Positions 21,239-32,459 of a stretch of 64,000 bases of DNA are shown piece after piece (position 1 is the first letter of the stretch; each line of letters opens with the position of its first letter). Source of the stretch: Nitrospinales bacterium (GTDB lineage Bacteria; Nitrospinota; Nitrospinia; Nitrospinales; VA-1); the NCBI GenBank assembly GCA_965262115.1, contig OZ253496.1:704001-768000 (forward strand). The letters are read 5' to 3'. Position numbers and translations under genes: made by a program. Below the pieces are notes generated by a model. It was not told the DNA's origin and made no database searches. It saw only the letters and a program-made list of their open reading frames with translations.

Positions 21239-23800
21239 TTACTTCCCATGGCACTTTTTGTATTTCTTACCGCTGCCACACGGGCAAGGATCGTTCCGAC
21301 CAACCTTCTCTTCATCGCGCCGAACCGTCACCTGTTTTTCTGAAGCCTCCGATGCTCCCCGGTGTTCTACAATCCCCCGAGGCTTACTGATCAGTTCCTC
21401 TGGCATCTCCACTTTCTGATTAACCTGAACCTTGAACAAATATTCCGTAGCTTCTTCTTTGATGCGTGCCATCAGGTTGCTAAACAGATCAAACCCTTCC
21501 TTCTTATATTCTGTCAGAGGATTTTTCTGGGCATAACCACGCAAACCAATCCCTTCCTTGAGGTGGTCCATGCCTAACAGGTGATCTTTCCAGAGTGTAT
21601 CCAGAATCTGCAGCATGATGACTTTTTCAACGTGCCGCATGAATTCGGCCTCAATGCCTACTTCTTTTGCTTCATAGGCCTGGGTCACCGCCTCCATGAC
21701 GGCATCATGAAGCTTTTCTCTGTTACAGTATTCCAATTCCAACTTTACACTTCCAAGAATGAGGGGTCCATGTTCGCCGTGTTTTTCAATGTGAACCGCA
21801 AACTGCCTTTCCAGCAACTCGTTCAGAGCTTCAATATCCCACTCTTCTGGATATATCTTTTCATGAGCAATACCAGCCAGCGCGTCATCCACCAACTCAT
21901 CTGCCATATCCAACAGGATTTCTTTCCCATTTTCCGTATTGATGATTTCCCGGCGCAATGCATAAAGAACCTCCCTTTGGCGATTCATGACATCGTCATA
22001 TTCCAGGAGGTGCTTGCGTATATCAAAGTTATGGGCTTCAACTTTTTTCTGGGCATTGGCAACCGCTTTCGAGATCATGGCATGCTCAACGGGTTGCCCA
22101 TCTTCCATTCCTAATCGGGCCATTAAAGGAGAAATTTTATCGGACCCGAAAATACGCAGTAAATCATCCTCAAGGCTGAGATAAAAACGGGAAGACCCCA
22201 TATCCCCCTGCCTTCCAGAGCGACCTCGCAACTGGTTATCAATGCGTCGACTTTCATGACGTTCGGTTCCGAGAATATGGAGACCACCCAGTTCGGGGAT
22301 GCCCTCGCCCAAAACAATATCCGTACCCCTTCCGGCCATATTCGTCGCAATGGTCACAGCTCCGGGTTGCCCGGCCTGCGCAATGATCTCGGCCTCTTGT
22401 TCATGATGCTTGGCATTCAAAACACTATGTTTGATGCCGGTTTTTTTCAGCTTCTTGCTCAAAAGCTCTGATCTTTCGATGGATATCGTACCCACCAGGA
22501 CGGGTCTTTTTATTGCATTCAATTCCTTGATCTCTTCGATAGCAGCATCAAATTTTTCCATTTCTGTTCTGTAAATCACGTCCGGATAATCTTCCCGAAT
22601 CATAGGCTGATTTGTGGGAACAACAACGACTTCGAGTTTATAAATCGAGCTAAATTCTTCCGCCTCCGTATCTGCCGTTCCAGTCATGCCTGCCAGTTTT
22701 TCATACATACGAAAATAGTTTTGGAAGGTAATGCTTGCAAGGGTCTGGTTTTCGTTTTCAATTTTTACTCCCTCTTTCGCCTCCAAAGCCTGATGCAGTC
22801 CATCGCTGTAACGCCTTCCCGACATCATGCGGCCGGTGAATTCGTCGATAATGACGACTTCCCCATCCTTCACCACATAGTCCACTTCATTTTTGAACAA
22901 CCCATGCGCTTTAACCGCTTGGTTTAGACAATGAAGTGTTTCAATATTGGCTGGATCATACAGGTTCTCTATATTTAACAATTTTTCCATGAGGACAATT
23001 CCCTCATCCGTCAAGGAAGCGGTCCTGGCCTTTTCATCAACCGTATAATGCTCTTCTTTTTTCAGCTTGGGGACAATCTGGTTCACCGTATAATATTTGT
23101 CCGTCGATTCCTCCGCCGGACCAGAGATGATCAAAGGAGTCCGAGCCTCATCAATTAAAATACTATCGACCTCATCCACAATGGCAAAATTCAGTTCCCG
23201 CTGAACCATTTGTTCTTTTGAGAACTTCATATTGTCCCGAAGAAAATCGAACCCGAATTCATTATTAGTGCCATAAAGCACATCTGCCGAATAGGCCGCC
23301 TTTCTTTCCTCCTCAGGAATATCGTGATAGATCTTGCCCACAGACAAGCCTAGAAACTTGTATATCTCTCCCATCCACTGGCTGTCACGGGTAGCCAGAT
23401 AGTCGTTGACCGTTACAACATGCACACCCTTTCCCGTCAAGGCGTTCAAGTAAACCGGCAAGGTCGCCATCAGGGTTTTTCCTTCACCGGTTTTCATTTC
23501 CGCTATTTTTCCTTCATGCAGAACCACTCCGCCTATAATCTGCACATCAAAAGGACGCATTTCAAGCGTCCTACAACTGGCTTCGCGAACCACCGCAAAT
23601 GCCTCGGGCAGGACATCTTCCAATGTAGAGCCGTTAGCCAGCTTGTCTTTCAATTCGGGTGTTTTGGCTTTAAGCTGGCCGTCAGAAAGTGCCTTGATCT
23701 CATCTTCCAATGCGTTAACGGCGTCCACATAACTCTGAATCCGCTTAATCTCGCGGTCATTGCGGGTACCCACTAATTTTCTGATTAAGCCAAGCACCAT
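21239..23800 (-). CDS. secA: Preprotein translocase ATPase SecA
   Basis: [39 protein letters not shown] and [18 protein letters not shown] motifs. Confidence 0.98.
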   Translation of the reverse strand: MVLGLIRKLVGTRNDREIKRIQSYVDAVNALEDEIKALSDGQLKAKTPELKDKLANGSTLEDVLPEAFAVVREASCRTLEMRPFDVQIIGGVVLHEGKIAEMKTGEGKTLMATLPVYLNALTGKGVHVVTVNDYLATRDSQWMGEIYKFLGLSVGKIYHDIPEEERKAAYSADVLYGTNNEFGFDFLRDNMKFSKEQMVQRELNFAIVDEVDSILIDEARTPLIISGPAEESTDKYYTVNQIVPKLKKEEHYTVDEKARTASLTDEGIVLMEKLLNIENLYDPANIETLHCLNQAVKAHGLFKNEVDYVVKDGEVVIIDEFTGRMMSGRRYSDGLHQALEAKEGVKIENENQTLASITFQNYFRMYEKLAGMTGTADTEAEEFSSIYKLEVVVVPTNQPMIREDYPDVIYRTEMEKFDAAIEEIKELNAIKRPVLVGTISIERSELLSKKLKKTGIKHSVLNAKHHEQEAEIIAQAGQPGAVTIATNMAGRGTDIVLGEGIPELGGLHILGTERHESRRIDNQLRGRSGRQGDMGSSRFYLSLEDDLLRIFGSDKISPLMARLGMEDGQPVEHAMISKAVANAQKKVEAHNFDIRKHLLEYDDVMNRQREVLYALRREIINTENGKEILLDMADELVDDALAGIAHEKIYPEEWDIEALNELLERQFAVHIEKHGEHGPLILGSVKLELEYCNREKLHDAVMEAVTQAYEAKEVGIEAEFMRHVEKVIMLQILDTLWKDHLLGMDHLKEGIGLRGYAQKNPLTEYKKEGFDLFSNLMARIKEEATEYLFKVQVNQKVEMPEELISKPRGIVEHRGASEASEKQVTVRRDEEKVGRNDPCPCGSGKKYKKCHGK

Positions 23801-23985
23801 CTCAAATCCTGAATATTAATTTATAGTTTGAAGTTTAGAACAATAATAATACAGGGGGATCCTAGACCCTGGCCATCAAGGCCAAACCCTCGCCCATTAA
23901 GGATGCATATAGAAAAAATTCGAGGTATCGGTGGGGGAAAAAGGTGACTCAAAACCTGGCGATTCAATGATCGCCAAAGGACGAC

Positions 23986-24915
23986 CTATTCTTCTAAAAT
24001 ATAGTTCTTGGGAGTGACCGGCACACCGTTGAGCAACACTTCATAGTGGAGATGAGGTCCGGTGCTCCGCCCGGTATTTCCAACCCGCGAAACCACCTGC
24101 CCTCGCTTGACACGGTCTCCCACTTTAACCAGATGCTTGGAGTTGTGACCATAGCGGGTAACAATACCATAACCATGGTCGATCTCAATCATGTTTCCAT
24201 ATCCATATTCTCTTCCTTCAACGACAACCACACCATCCGCCGTAGCACGCACAGGAGCCCCGGTTCGGGCCGCAATATCCCAGCCTTCATGTTTTTCCCT
24301 TAAACCTGTAAACGGAGATTTTCGAAAACCAAAACTGGAGGTCACCCAACCGCGAGTCGGCCAGATTGAAGGGGTTGAAGAAAGAAAAGATTTTTGATTC
24401 TTAAAGAAATCATCCAGCTCCTGAAAGCTGATAGTCTGAATTTTAGCCTGCCTGCCTAAATGATCCAGTCCATTAGATAAACGATCCACCATACTGGCCG
24501 CGCCTCGGCCCATAGCGGTCGTGAAGCTGTTAGTGCTCAATCCATAAGGCCCGCCAACGCCCCAGTTTTTCTCAACCGATTTGGGCGAATTTTCCAGAGC
24601 CGTAATAACCCGGAGCTTTTTCTCAAATCGTTCCAGCCGGGCCATCTCTGTCTCGAAATTTTTTACCTGCTGGGCAAATTTTTCTATCTGGATTTCGCGG
24701 ATTTTTGAGTCCCGACGAAGCTTGGCCAGCTCGGTTTCGCCACCTTGCAACCGCAAATATTGCTGGGCAAAATAAAATGTAGACCCCAGAAACCCTATCA
24801 AAACAACAAAAGACACCAAAACGCCAAACTTTACAAAACGCTTCGGCAGGCGCAATTTTTTAGGGGAGCCCGCCGCCCCAGGAAAAACTACTATGGTTAC
24901 TTCATCTTTGCCCAC
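23986..24915 (-). CDS. M23-family murein endopeptidase
   Basis: HEGWD, YGHNS and GRSTGPHLHYEV motifs; GTG start after AAGGAGG. Confidence 0.88.
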   Translation of the reverse strand: MGKDEVTIVVFPGAAGSPKKLRLPKRFVKFGVLVSFVVLIGFLGSTFYFAQQYLRLQGGETELAKLRRDSKIREIQIEKFAQQVKNFETEMARLERFEKKLRVITALENSPKSVEKNWGVGGPYGLSTNSFTTAMGRGAASMVDRLSNGLDHLGRQAKIQTISFQELDDFFKNQKSFLSSTPSIWPTRGWVTSSFGFRKSPFTGLREKHEGWDIAARTGAPVRATADGVVVVEGREYGYGNMIEIDHGYGIVTRYGHNSKHLVKVGDRVKRGQVVSRVGNTGRSTGPHLHYEVLLNGVPVTPKNYILEE

Positions 24916-25078
24916 TTTGCCTCCTTGGCAGCAGTTAGAAACACGCACAATCTTTCGAATAGTATCGCTTAAACCCATTATTTGTCAATACTTAAATCAG
25001 CCCAGCCAAAAAGGAAATAAATACAAAAGCCCCGCCTTTCAATGCCTGCAAAAGTGGCTCTAAATGGAGCCCTCGAAC

Positions 25079-25954
25079 CTAATCTATAGACTTTATTTTC
25101 TCTCTGGCCTGAATATGATCCGGGTTGATCGACAACACCAGCCTGAAAAATTCCTGGCCTTTTTGGACATCTCCATTTTCTTCATGGAGCAGGCCCAGGC
25201 TGAATAAAGCGGGAACCTGTCCATTGACATCACCAATTTTCTGGTAAATATTCAGCATTTTTTCAAAACCGGCAATCGCTCCGGTTAAATTTCCTTTGTC
25301 GTAATCACGAAATGCATTCTGTCGAATCGATTGGGCAAGGACCTTTCCATAGCCCCAGCCCAAAGTCTGTGACCCCTCTTTTAAAGAGTCGTTATATTCT
25401 GCTTCAAACCGTTGTCCTTCACCCATCTCTTCAAAAATTTTCTTCAGGTTGAAAAAAAACATCAACTCTTTCGGGTTGGTTCGAATCGCAGTTCGCACTT
25501 TTTCCAACGCTTCCTGAAATTGTTTACCATTAACAAGAGAAGCCGCCCAATTATTCCAGGCCAGTCCATTCTCTGGGTCCAGTTCTGTCGCCTGCTTAAA
25601 TAACTCTTCGGCTTTTTGATCTTCACCCTTTACATAATGTAGATAGCCCAACGCATACCAAACTGAGGACGAGTTTTCGTGAGACCGGCGGTATCCGCCC
25701 AAAAATTCCTCTGCTTCGTCAAGAGCCCCCAGAGCATTCCAGGCCTTCACCATATTGCGGAAAACATAACCGGGGTTGGTCTCATCAACCAAGACCGATT
25801 TATAAATTTCAAGAGCCTCTTTAAACTTTCCCTGAGAAAAATAAAAATCGGCTTTGGCATTTGCGGGTAACTGAAAACCACCGGAATGCGGTTGGGCCTC
25901 TATATGCAGGGGCCAAAGCATCAGCGCTAAAAACACTGGTAGAAAATAAATCAT
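25079..25954 (-). CDS. Secreted TPR-repeat protein
   Basis: Signal-like MIYFLPVFLALML; TPR patterns (ALGYLHY, AWNNWA, SLGLLH). Confidence 0.75.
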   Translation of the reverse strand: MIYFLPVFLALMLWPLHIEAQPHSGGFQLPANAKADFYFSQGKFKEALEIYKSVLVDETNPGYVFRNMVKAWNALGALDEAEEFLGGYRRSHENSSSVWYALGYLHYVKGEDQKAEELFKQATELDPENGLAWNNWAASLVNGKQFQEALEKVRTAIRTNPKELMFFFNLKKIFEEMGEGQRFEAEYNDSLKEGSQTLGWGYGKVLAQSIRQNAFRDYDKGNLTGAIAGFEKMLNIYQKIGDVNGQVPALFSLGLLHEENGDVQKGQEFFRLVLSINPDHIQAREKIKSID

Positions 25955-25997
25955 GGACCATATTGAAGCCCCTCTGTTTTGCGAAGAAAGCTTGCGA

Positions 25998-27389
25998 TTA
26001 AAAGGCAGGTTCAAAGTCTGAAGAGTCCGCTTCGGGTGGAACATCCGCGCGGGTGCTTCTATCGTAGAAGCGTGTGTATTGGTTTTCAAAGTGTAAGAGC
26101 ACCTCCCCGATGGGACCGTTTCTTTGTTTGCGAACCAGAATTTCTGTTTTACCCGGGTCATCCGATTCGGGGTTGTATACAACATCTCGGTAAATAAACA
26201 TGACCACATCCGCATCCTGCTCAATGGAACCCGATTCCCGAAGATCCGACAAGAGCGGCCGCTTATCCGTCCGACTCTCAACAGCTCGGCTCAACTGGGA
26301 AAGTGCCAGTATCGGAGCATTTATCTCTTTGGCCAGGGCTTTGAGTCCTCTCGATATTTCTGAGACTTCCAGTTGTCGGCTCTCGCTCTTCCCCCGTCCC
26401 TGCATCAATTGCATATAGTCTACAATAATCAGTCCGAGAGGCTGTTCGGCGGCGAGCCTGCGGGAGCGGGCACGTATATCCAGGACCGACAAAGCTGAGC
26501 TGTCGTCGATAAACAATTGCGCTTCCGCCAGTTCCCTGCCAGCGTCATGCACTTTAGGCCAATCACTCTTAGCCAGATAACCGGTACGAACTTTAGAAGA
26601 ATCCATCTGCGCCTTGGAGCACAAAAGCCGCATTCCCAATTGTTCTTTCGACATTTCGAGACTGAAAAAAGCTGTAGAAATTTTTTTATTCAAAGACACA
26701 TAACGGGCGATATCCAGAGCAAAACTGGTTTTACCCATACTGGGCCGTGCCGCCAGAACGATCAGATCAGATTTTTGAAACCCCGCTGTCATGTTATCCA
26801 AATCAGTAAATCCCGAAGGCACCCCGGTAACCATTCCCGGTTCCTGGGCAAGTTTTTCCAGATCCGACAAACCCTGCTTAACAATCTCAGGAAGCTTGTA
26901 AAAGCTTGGTTTGGTTCTTTTTTCGGAGATTTCGAAAATGGACTGCTCAGCTTTATCAAGCAGGGTGTCCACATCATCACTGTCGCTGTAACTATTAGAA
27001 ACAATCTCTGTCGCGGTCTGAATCAGGTCTCGGAGGATTTTTTTTTCGCGGAGGATTTTAGCGTGGTGGACTACTGCTGTAGAGGTGGGTACAAAATCTT
27101 CAAGAAGAGTCAGGTATTCGATGCCCCCCACCTCTTCCAGCTCATTTTTTCTTTTGAGCTTGTCTGCCAATGCGAGAACATCTATCGGCTCATTGCCTTC
27201 GAACTGTTCCCGCATTACAGAAAATATTTTTTTATGGGTGGACTTGTAGAAGTCCTCTGCACTCAAAATTTCAAGAGCTTTAGCAATCGCATCTTCTGAA
27301 TGCAGGCAGGCACCTAGAACACTCTGCTCCGCCTCCTTGTTATAAGGAGGCAATTTGTTCAGAGAAATGTCGGTCAGGGCATCAGCCAT
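25998..27389 (-). CDS. dnaB: Replicative DNA helicase
   Basis: AARPSMGKT, IIVDYMQL and LSDLRESGSIEQDAD motifs. Confidence 0.97.
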   Translation of the reverse strand: MADALTDISLNKLPPYNKEAEQSVLGACLHSEDAIAKALEILSAEDFYKSTHKKIFSVMREQFEGNEPIDVLALADKLKRKNELEEVGGIEYLTLLEDFVPTSTAVVHHAKILREKKILRDLIQTATEIVSNSYSDSDDVDTLLDKAEQSIFEISEKRTKPSFYKLPEIVKQGLSDLEKLAQEPGMVTGVPSGFTDLDNMTAGFQKSDLIVLAARPSMGKTSFALDIARYVSLNKKISTAFFSLEMSKEQLGMRLLCSKAQMDSSKVRTGYLAKSDWPKVHDAGRELAEAQLFIDDSSALSVLDIRARSRRLAAEQPLGLIIVDYMQLMQGRGKSESRQLEVSEISRGLKALAKEINAPILALSQLSRAVESRTDKRPLLSDLRESGSIEQDADVVMFIYRDVVYNPESDDPGKTEILVRKQRNGPIGEVLLHFENQYTRFYDRSTRADVPPEADSSDFEPAF

Positions 27390-27416
27390 AATTCTTTCAG
27401 GGTAAAGGCCTCTTTA

Positions 27417-27944
27417 CTATTTTTTAGCTTCTATCTCAGCTTCCCCTTCTTCTTTAACTTCCGGGGCAGGTTCAGCAGATTTGGCAGGCTCTACAACTTC
27501 CCGCTCCCCTTCAACAACAAGTTTAATTTCCGCTGTCACTTCCAAATGGAGTTTTACGGGGATTTTATATTCCCCAGCTTTTTTAATGGGCTCGGCAATC
27601 TGAATTTTACGCCGATCAATATCGACGCCCTGACCTTTGAGCAAATCAGCAACTTCCTGCGCTGTCACGGAACCAAACATCTTTCCGGTATCGCCGACCT
27701 TTTTCTTGACCGAGCAGGTCACCTTTGCAATTTCATCAGCAATAGCCTGGGCCGCAGCGATCACCTTTGTCACTTTGCTCTGGACCACACGTTTCTGATG
27801 ATTAAAAGCTTTAAGGTTATTAGGGGTCGCCAACAAAGCCTTGCCCTTGGGGATCAGGAAGTTCCTCCCATATCCGTCTTTAACCTCTACCTCATCGCCA
27901 CAAAATCCGAGGCCATCCACATCTTCTTTCAACAACAGCTTCAT
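27417..27944 (-). CDS. rplI: 50S ribosomal protein L9
   Basis: VEVKDGYGRNFLIP and KMFGSVT motifs. Confidence 0.96.
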   Translation of the reverse strand: MKLLLKEDVDGLGFCGDEVEVKDGYGRNFLIPKGKALLATPNNLKAFNHQKRVVQSKVTKVIAAAQAIADEIAKVTCSVKKKVGDTGKMFGSVTAQEVADLLKGQGVDIDRRKIQIAEPIKKAGEYKIPVKLHLEVTAEIKLVVEGEREVVEPAKSAEPAPEVKEEGEAEIEAKK

Positions 27945-27975
27945 AAGTTTTCCTTTCCTGAGGATCAGAGTGTTT

Positions 27976-28923
27976 TCAATTTGTATCTTCAACGGCTCTC
28001 AGCTTTCTAAAATCCGCCCAGATATCAAACACGCCCAACCCAGCCACCAATCCAATTAAAAGAGATTGCACAAAAATTAATATAAAAAGAACAAACCAAA
28101 AGAAAGTCGGAATCTTCCTGACTTTCAAAAAATGAACAATAATGCTGAGTCCCTGAGCAAAATAGATGCAAAGCATCACCAGAAAGATATTGAGCCCGGC
28201 ATCCGCCACCATGCCCTGCCCCAGGAACAAAGCCGCTCCCGACAATATGAAACCCCAGACCAGGTTTTCCGGACAAATCCATTGGGAGAATGCTCTCTCC
28301 GAAAACAGTCCCGGCCCATAAAGTCGCGTCCAGGCGATTCGTACCAATGCGTAATTGGCCGCCGCGCCAATCAAAGACCCGATCAACAAAAAGGCCGGAT
28401 AAGACGCCGCAAAACCCTCAGCCGCCCGTTCTGCGAAGGCCTTCATCTCCGCAACCTCAGCTTTGTCCTCGCCCATGGACTCGAAGGCTTCCATCGACTG
28501 GGAAAAATGAGCGCGAACTTGCGTCTCAAAAAACTCTTTAACCGATGTATCCTGATCGCCAAACAAAGCCATCAACAGAACGATCGACACAAAACCCGAT
28601 GCCAAAGCACTGATAGCGATGCACCGGTCTGCCGACAACTGGATTCGGATCATCTCCCCCAGTACCAGAGCCATCAGCGCATACTCAGCTAAAAATAACA
28701 TGGCCTGGTTAATCCCAATCAGCAACAGGAGCACCGCAAAAACCAACGCAACAAGAGCAATGCCAACCTGCCTGCCCCTCTGCAAGTAAATGAATACGAG
28801 AGGAAAAGGGGATAAAACCCCGATCAATGCCCCCAATGGCGGAAACACCATCAAAGCAAAAAAGAGAGCAAAAACCAGAACTACAGCGACCAGTAGGTTT
28901 TTGGGTGATGATGACTCAGCCAA
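27976..28923 (-). CDS. YybS/DUF2232 membrane protein
   Basis: Polytopic protein ending GVFDIWADFRK, located between rpsR and rplI. Confidence 0.82.
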   Translation of the reverse strand: MAESSSPKNLLVAVVLVFALFFALMVFPPLGALIGVLSPFPLVFIYLQRGRQVGIALVALVFAVLLLLIGINQAMLFLAEYALMALVLGEMIRIQLSADRCIAISALASGFVSIVLLMALFGDQDTSVKEFFETQVRAHFSQSMEAFESMGEDKAEVAEMKAFAERAAEGFAASYPAFLLIGSLIGAAANYALVRIAWTRLYGPGLFSERAFSQWICPENLVWGFILSGAALFLGQGMVADAGLNIFLVMLCIYFAQGLSIIVHFLKVRKIPTFFWFVLFILIFVQSLLIGLVAGLGVFDIWADFRKLRAVEDTN

Positions 28924-28925
28924 GT

Positions 28926-29168
28926 CTAATGCTCAACAGCAAACGGTAATAAAGCAATGTTCCTGGCTTTTTTGATCGCCCGGGTCAAAATTCTCTGACA
29001 CTTGGCACAATTTCCTGAAATTCGCGAAGGCACGATCTTTCCTCTTTCAGAAATCAGCGGTTTCAATGCCTTGATATCGAAAAAATCGATATAAACCTTG
29101 CTTTGGTCGTCGTTGCAAAACCGGCAAATTTTTTGCGAAAAAAATGAACGTTTTTTTGTTTCTGGCAT
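28926..29168 (-). CDS. rpsR: 30S ribosomal protein S18
   Basis: [17 protein letters not shown] and [13 protein letters not shown] motifs. Confidence 0.96.
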   Translation of the reverse strand: MPETKKRSFFSQKICRFCNDDQSKVYIDFFDIKALKPLISERGKIVPSRISGNCAKCQRILTRAIKKARNIALLPFAVEH

Positions 29169-29195
29169 AACACCCTTCTTCTTTTAGTAGTTTTA

Positions 29196-29588
29196 TTAAA
29201 ATGGGATATCATCAGCGGCCGGGGCAGAAGTCGAGTCAGTATTCATACTCACTTTATCTCCCTGGCGGGTCAAGAACTGCACATTATTAGCGACCACTTC
29301 AAGCTTGCTTCGCTTCTGTCCACCATCCGCTTCCCAGGTCTGATAGTTCAGCCGACCTTCAAGAAAAACCAGACTGCCCTTATTCAGGTATTGGGCACAA
29401 TTCTCACCTTGCTTGGCCCAAACCGTGATATCGACAAAACAGACCTCATCTTTCCATTCCTCGCCCTGCTTGAACTTGCGGTTGACCGCCAAGCCAAAAC
29501 TGGCAACGGCCGCACCACTTGCGGTATAACGCAGTTCAGGATCCCGGGTCAGGTTACCCATCAGAAGCACCTTGTTGAACGAAGCCAT
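29196..29588 (-). CDS. ssb: Single-stranded DNA-binding protein
   Basis: NKVLLMGNLTRDPELRY motif; C-terminal DDIPF. Confidence 0.97.
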   Translation of the reverse strand: MASFNKVLLMGNLTRDPELRYTASGAAVASFGLAVNRKFKQGEEWKDEVCFVDITVWAKQGENCAQYLNKGSLVFLEGRLNYQTWEADGGQKRSKLEVVANNVQFLTRQGDKVSMNTDSTSAPAADDIPF

Positions 29589-29615
29589 ATCAAATCCTTA
29601 TTGTTACTTTGTTAA

Positions 29616-30011
29616 TCAGGAGTCTTCTTTCTTTTCAGCTTTATTATCACCATTGGCGGAAGCCTCTTCCTCGGTTTCACTTTCCTTACCGAGGGCTCTT
29701 TCCAATTCATCACCCTCCAACCGGAGCACCATATATTTTATGATCAGGTCGTACAACTTATATTTATTTTCTAGAGCGGAGACTTTTGCGGACTCAAGGG
29801 TGTGATAAAGGTTCAGGTATATCCCAAATCTGTTTTTCTTTACCCGGTAGGCGAGGCGTTTTTTACCCCAGTTTTCAATTTTAAGACACGCACCTCCGTT
29901 GCTCTTGATGAACTCGCCTATTTTTTCCAAGGCTTCAGCAACACGTGCTTCGTCAATATCGGGTTTGAGAATCAGGACACTCTGGTAAGATCGCAATGAA
30001 TACCTCCTCAT
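29616..30011 (-). CDS. rpsF: 30S ribosomal protein S6
   Basis: ENWGKKRLAY motif; position in the rpsF-ssb-rpsR cluster. Confidence 0.93.
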   Translation of the reverse strand: MRRYSLRSYQSVLILKPDIDEARVAEALEKIGEFIKSNGGACLKIENWGKKRLAYRVKKNRFGIYLNLYHTLESAKVSALENKYKLYDLIIKYMVLRLEGDELERALGKESETEEEASANGDNKAEKKEDS

Positions 30012-30206
30012 GGGTTAAGAATAGCCCCAGCCTAAATCTGGAACGAGGGGTTAAAGCACGTAAAAACGGGATTTAACTAAATTTAATTATTCACTATATA
30101 ATAAGTATCTGTGAAAGGCGAATTTTTGCATAGTCGCCCAACAAAATCAAGGGATTTCAAGCAACCTAAACGAACAAATATAGTGAAAAAACAACCCACC
30201 ATCAAG

Positions 30207-31355
30207 ATGAAACCCGACTCCGACCTTTTCCAGCACCTGTCATGGGCCGGTTTATATGGCGCGGTTTTACTGCTGTCGGCCTGCGACTTTCCACAGCCGC
30301 CGCCGGACTTGTTCTACAAATTCGATGTCATGCCGGTGGGTCAGGGCCCGGCCCATCTATTGACCGCCGATTTAAATCTGGACGGAGAACCGGATCTGGT
30401 TTCCACCAACGCCAAGAACGGCACTCTCACCCTCCTATACGGAAAAGGCGACGGCAGTTTTCATGCAGGTCTAACTATAAACGTCGCCGCCGAACCAACT
30501 ATGTCAGCGGTGGGAGATTTTAATAAAGATGGAGTCCCTGATATTGCGATCAACTCCCGAGGAACAGGAAGGTTTTTAGTTTTTCTGGGAAAAGGAAACG
30601 GCAAATTCATGAAACCCATCCCCACGCGAACCGGCAAAGTCCCTTTAAACATTATTCTCGGTGACTACAACCAGGACGGCAACCTGGATGCCGCCGTCAC
30701 CCTGACCTTTGACGAAATGGAATTGTATCTTGGCACCGGAGACGGTCATTTTAAAAAAGGCGAAACCTATCTGACCGGTTCCCGATCCTTTTCCGGAGTG
30801 ACAGAAGACTTCAATGAGGACGGGCACCTCGACATTGCCCTCGCGGCCAGCAGTTCCAGCGCCAGTTCTGTCCGGTTGTTTATCGGGAACGGCGATGGAA
30901 CTTTTCAGAAACCTAAACGGCTGGCAGAAAAGCTGGTGCCGCTAGCCATCGTGGCTAGTGACATGAATGATGACGGTAGAACCGACCTGGTGTTTGCCGC
31001 AGGTCAGGGAGACAATTTATACTTGCTCACTTCAAACGGAGACGGCAGTTTCAAAGAACCCATTGCCTTTTCCGGCGGGGGTGGACCCTTTGCTCTCATT
31101 ACGGGGCATTTTGATCCGGACAAGTTGAAGGATGTTGCGGTCGCCAATTCCCGATCCAGTACTTTCTCGATTATTGTCCGCAATGCCAACGGAACATTTA
31201 AATTCCCCACCCGGGATTATGTGATCGAAGGCGGCACCGTATTAGCCATTACCAGCGGCGATTATAACCACAGTGGCATGAGCGATATTGTCGTGGCCAG
31301 CAATGCTAAGCACACCATCGAAATTTATTTACAACGGCGGATATTTGCTCCTTAA
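30207..31355 (+). CDS. FG-GAP/VCBS repeat lipoprotein
   Basis: Lipobox LSAC; repeated DxNxDGxxD and GxGDGxF units. Confidence 0.82.
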   Translation: MKPDSDLFQHLSWAGLYGAVLLLSACDFPQPPPDLFYKFDVMPVGQGPAHLLTADLNLDGEPDLVSTNAKNGTLTLLYGKGDGSFHAGLTINVAAEPTMSAVGDFNKDGVPDIAINSRGTGRFLVFLGKGNGKFMKPIPTRTGKVPLNIILGDYNQDGNLDAAVTLTFDEMELYLGTGDGHFKKGETYLTGSRSFSGVTEDFNEDGHLDIALAASSSSASSVRLFIGNGDGTFQKPKRLAEKLVPLAIVASDMNDDGRTDLVFAAGQGDNLYLLTSNGDGSFKEPIAFSGGGGPFALITGHFDPDKLKDVAVANSRSSTFSIIVRNANGTFKFPTRDYVIEGGTVLAITSGDYNHSGMSDIVVASNAKHTIEIYLQRRIFAP

Positions 31356-31358
31356 TCC

Positions 31359-31802
31359 AACCCTCCCCTTACCCCTCCCTATGAAGGGAGGGGGATATGA
31401 AAAGTAAAAAGCGATGGCAACAATTTTCAACAAGAATACAGAAAAGGCTAAAAGAAAATCTTTGCGCAAAGAAATGCCACCTGCAGAGGTCACTTTATGG
31501 CAAGTTTTGCGAAACAAGCAAGCTAATGGACATAAATTTCGGCGACAATACAGTGTTGACCAATACATTCTGGATTTTTATTGCCCCTCGGCAAAACTCG
31601 CGATTGAAATCGATGGAGATTCTCATTTCAGTGACACAGCAATTCAATCGGATGAAATCCGTCAGAAGGCCATCGAAGATATGGGAATACAAATTCTGCG
31701 TTTTACCAATCAGGATATCTATGAAAACTTGGATGAAGTATTTGAGAAGATTTTAAAACATTTACCTCCCCTCCCTTCATAGGGAGGGGGCGAGGGAGGG
31801 TT
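31359..31802. repeat. ~36-bp inverted hairpin repeats (31359-31395 and 31767-31802) enclosing the DUF559 gene
   Basis: AACCCTCCCCTTACCCCTCCCTATGAAGGGAGGGGGA versus TCCCCTCCCTTCATAGGGAGGGGGCGAGGGAGGGTT. Confidence 0.85.
31414..31782 (+). CDS. DUF559 (Vsr-like) endonuclease domain protein
   Basis: LRKEMPPAEVTLW, KFRRQY, YILDFYC, LAIEIDGDSH and ILRFTN motifs. Confidence 0.88.
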   Translation: MATIFNKNTEKAKRKSLRKEMPPAEVTLWQVLRNKQANGHKFRRQYSVDQYILDFYCPSAKLAIEIDGDSHFSDTAIQSDEIRQKAIEDMGIQILRFTNQDIYENLDEVFEKILKHLPPLPS

Positions 31803-31821
31803 TGCCATTATCTGGATACGG

Positions 31822-32370
31822 TTATCCGTATGAGTGGTCTAAAACTCTTCGTTCTTCATCCAGGTGTTTAATAAATTCTTTCCCCTTTTGTTCCATATTC
31901 GTAACCAACTTAAATATTTCTTCCAAATGCCCACTATTAACGAGTTGTTCATCAGGAATAGATAATAGAATTTCATAGACTCGACTTGCACGAGCAATGA
32001 AAAGGGCAGCATCTGTAGCCAATTCTGCGTTTGAAAATGAAGCATCTTGGAGTATTTGTCGAATCTCATCCAGTTTCAATTTAATCTCAGAAAAACATTC
32101 CTTAATCCATTCTACTTCTTTTACATCCTTAGTTTCTTCTACAGACCTTACATAAGCAATGAAGTCCCCTTTCCTGAAATATAAGCACTAAAGTAACTTA
32201 CCAATTTCTCTCATCTCCACAAGCTCTTTAAGGATTTTTATTCGGGCTCGTTGTCCATGATAATGGAGTTGAGGTTTTAATATAAGATCAACAAGCTTTT
32301 CAGGAAGTTTTAGTAGGAAATCGCTAGTTTCCCGAATCTCTTTGAGTAAATTTGCAAAGTCTTCAAGCAT
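31822..32370 (-). pseudogene. AT-rich hypothetical helical protein split by one in-frame TAG at 32188-32190
   Basis: ORFs 32188..32370 and 31822..32079 share a frame, and the 36 codons between them are open (CLYFRKGDFIAYV...). Confidence 0.65.
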
Positions 32371-32459
32371 GATTCCTATCTCTTCTCGTGGAGCAGTAAA
32401 AAGCTATTTCTTTTTGAGCCAGCGTCACGCTGGCTATTTACCCCTTGTATGTTGTTCAT

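Noticed and set aside
32188..32190. Possible programmed TAG read-through (pyrrolysine or recoding)
   Set aside because: TAG is a normal stop in many genes here and no pyl genes are visible; a nonsense mutation is simpler.
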